Below, one piece after another: positions 62,233 to 64,000 of a stretch of DNA of 64,000 bases (positions within the stretch are counted from its first letter, which is position 1; every line of letters starts with the position of its first letter). The translations under genes were made by a program, and so were the position numbers. Origin of the DNA: Leucoraja ocellata (taxonomy: Eukaryota); NCBI GenBank assembly GCA_036785375.1, contig JAWMAR010000067.1:2666001-2730000 (forward strand), read 5' to 3'. The notes under the pieces were generated by a model. That model saw nothing but the letters and a program-made list of their open reading frames with translations. It was not told where the DNA came from and did no database searches.

Positions 62233-62905
62233 CCTCTCCTCAGCCAACAATGGGCCATCATGGGCTCTACCCTCCCTATTGCCATCAGGGCTTTTGTTAC
62301 CGCGTCCCCCCCCCCATCACTGCACCCCTACTTTCAGTCTGAAGAAGGGTTCTAACACAAAAAGTCAACCATTGTTTTTTTGAAGAGATACTGCCTGATC
62401 TGTTGAGTTACTCCTGCATTTTGTGTCTATCTTTGGTATAAACCAGTTCCTTGTTGCTACATTTTGTCTGCTCTACTGCTCCACTATGAAATCTCCTCAA
62501 GGTATGCCTACTTTGAAGAAGGTCTCCTTTCTCTGACAGGAGTTCTGCAACACCCTTTGTCACTACTCCCCTTCTGTGATACCAGTTCCCCAGTTCTCCA
62601 TATTGTTTCCCTCTTGTGATCACACATTCCCACGCCAACAATGAGTTTGCCAGACACCACCCTGCCTGAGGTCATTTGTGGCCAACCTTGATTGGTCCTG
62701 GTCTTTTTCTTGCCTCCAGCTCTTCATCTCCAACCACCCCCACCCCCCATTCTCCACACACCCCTACTTTAAGTCCGAAGAAGGGTCCCGACCCCAAATG
62801 TCACCCAGCCTTTTTCATAGAGATGCTGTCTAACCTGCTGAGTTACTCCTACACTTTGTGTCTATCTTTGGCATAAACCAGCATCTGCAGTTCCTTGTTT
62901 CTACT
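62233..62905 (+). mobile_element. Tandem Penelope pLTRs with spacer
   Basis: Two pLTR copies (hammerhead relics at about 62339 and 62775). The spacer 62480-62545 matches 7740-7800. Confidence 0.7.
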
Positions 62906-62944
62906 TGAATTTCCTATTGGATTCAATGGAGGACAACCTTGTAG

Positions 62945-63240
62945 AATATAGAACCGCACAGCACAAGAACAGGCACTTCGGCCCACAAAGTCTGTGCCGA
63001 ACATGATGCCAAGACCAACTCTCAACTGCCTGCACAAATCCCTATCTCTCCATTCCTTGCATATCCATGTGTCTATCCAAAAATCCTAACATCTAAGAAG
63101 CATGTTGATAGGTACATGGGTAGGATAGATTTAGAGGGATATGGGCCAAATGCAGGCAGGTGGGACTGGTGTAGATGGGGTATGTTAGTGTGCGCAAGAT
63201 GGGCCAAAGGGCCTGTTTCAATGACTATGTCTCTATGAAT
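62945..63240. mobile_element. CR1 tail fragments in both orientations
   Basis: acagcacaagaacaggcacttcggcccaca (-) and ggtacatgggtaggatagatttagaggga (+). Confidence 0.7.
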
Positions 63241-63870
63241 AAAGTCCTAGCCTGTTCAGCCAGTTTTATGTGGTCTATAGCATGGTCTCTTGTCACGTAT
63301 ATTTCTTACATGCCAAAGTATTGAGAAGTATTATCAAACGCTACCGACATTCTGAAATTGTAAATGAGAGTGAAAGATGCTAACGTAATTTTCTTGAGCT
63401 GTTGACAAGCTCACTGGCAACGTGTGACAAACGGCAAAGTAACACTTTAACGCGTGCCACAAGCTGTCACTGGGTGTGTGAACACATCCTGTAATTCAGG
63501 TGAACTAGAGGAGGGCCACAGAATAGTTTGTGGCTGGTTTCCTGCACTAATTTCAAACCTACCACAGTGACACAGTCTAGCAGTTGTAGAGTTGCTGCCT
63601 TGCAACGGCAGAGAACTGACTTCCATCCTGACTTTGGGTTCTGTCTGCACAGAGATTGTAGGTTTTCCCTGTGGCCTATTATTATATTAGTGTGCACTAT
63701 TACTGTTTGTTTGTTTTTATGTCTGTATGTAATGTGTGTGTGTATATATATATATATGTGTATATGTTCGAGTTCAAGTGAGTTTATTGTCATGTGTCCC
63801 TGAGAGGACAATGAAATTCTTGCTTTGCTTCGGCACACAGAAGCATCTTATATATATTACTAAACATGTA

Positions 63871-64000
63871 TCTTATATATTACTAAAAGTCTGATCTTGA
63901 CCACTTCCTGTTGTTCTGTAGATTGATTTTAGGAAAAAGCTGCCACTAAGATTTTTGGCCATCTTACTCAGAGTCCCCCTCCACTGTGCAGGATAAGAGG
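63871..64000 (+). mobile_element. Possible non-autonomous Helitron 5' end
   Basis: A|TCTTATATATTACTAAAAGTCTG start (TC after A), with a partial duplicate just upstream. It runs off the window edge. Confidence 0.4.

Overview
Vertebrate nuclear DNA, most likely from a cartilaginous fish (skate/ray-type), judged from the dense HE1-type tRNA-derived V-SINEs and their CR1 (HER1-type) partner LINE fragments. The window is almost all intron of one large + strand gene. I can support only two coding exons, 11587-11706 (120 bp) and 31158-31313 (156 bp). They splice in frame to ...TTWNFTWLLKDETPLSTYQRPQ|EFYCDFETDCELEYS...PDQDYSEKSSE(G), which matches exons 2 and 3 (end of the N-terminal region, start of MAM1) of an ALK/LTK receptor tyrosine kinase, more likely LTK. 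The rest is a nested mosaic of transposable elements: about 30 V-SINEs, CR1 and Rex1/Babar LINE fragments, a Penelope-like element with a GIY-YIG domain, more than 25 short Penelope-derived elements (many carrying a minimal hammerhead ribozyme motif), Harbinger- and pogo/Tigger-like MITEs, an internally deleted Gypsy element just downstream of exon 3, and a solo LTR. The most notable observations are the hammerhead-bearing short element family with its own long TSDs and fold-back arms, a Gypsy element with oddly mismatched LTRs, a patchwork templated duplication at a CR1 5' junction, and a 39-bp (13-codon) tandem array in frame with a Pro-rich ORF. Repeat boundaries are approximate unless a TSD is quoted. 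Family names come from motif recognition, not database searches.
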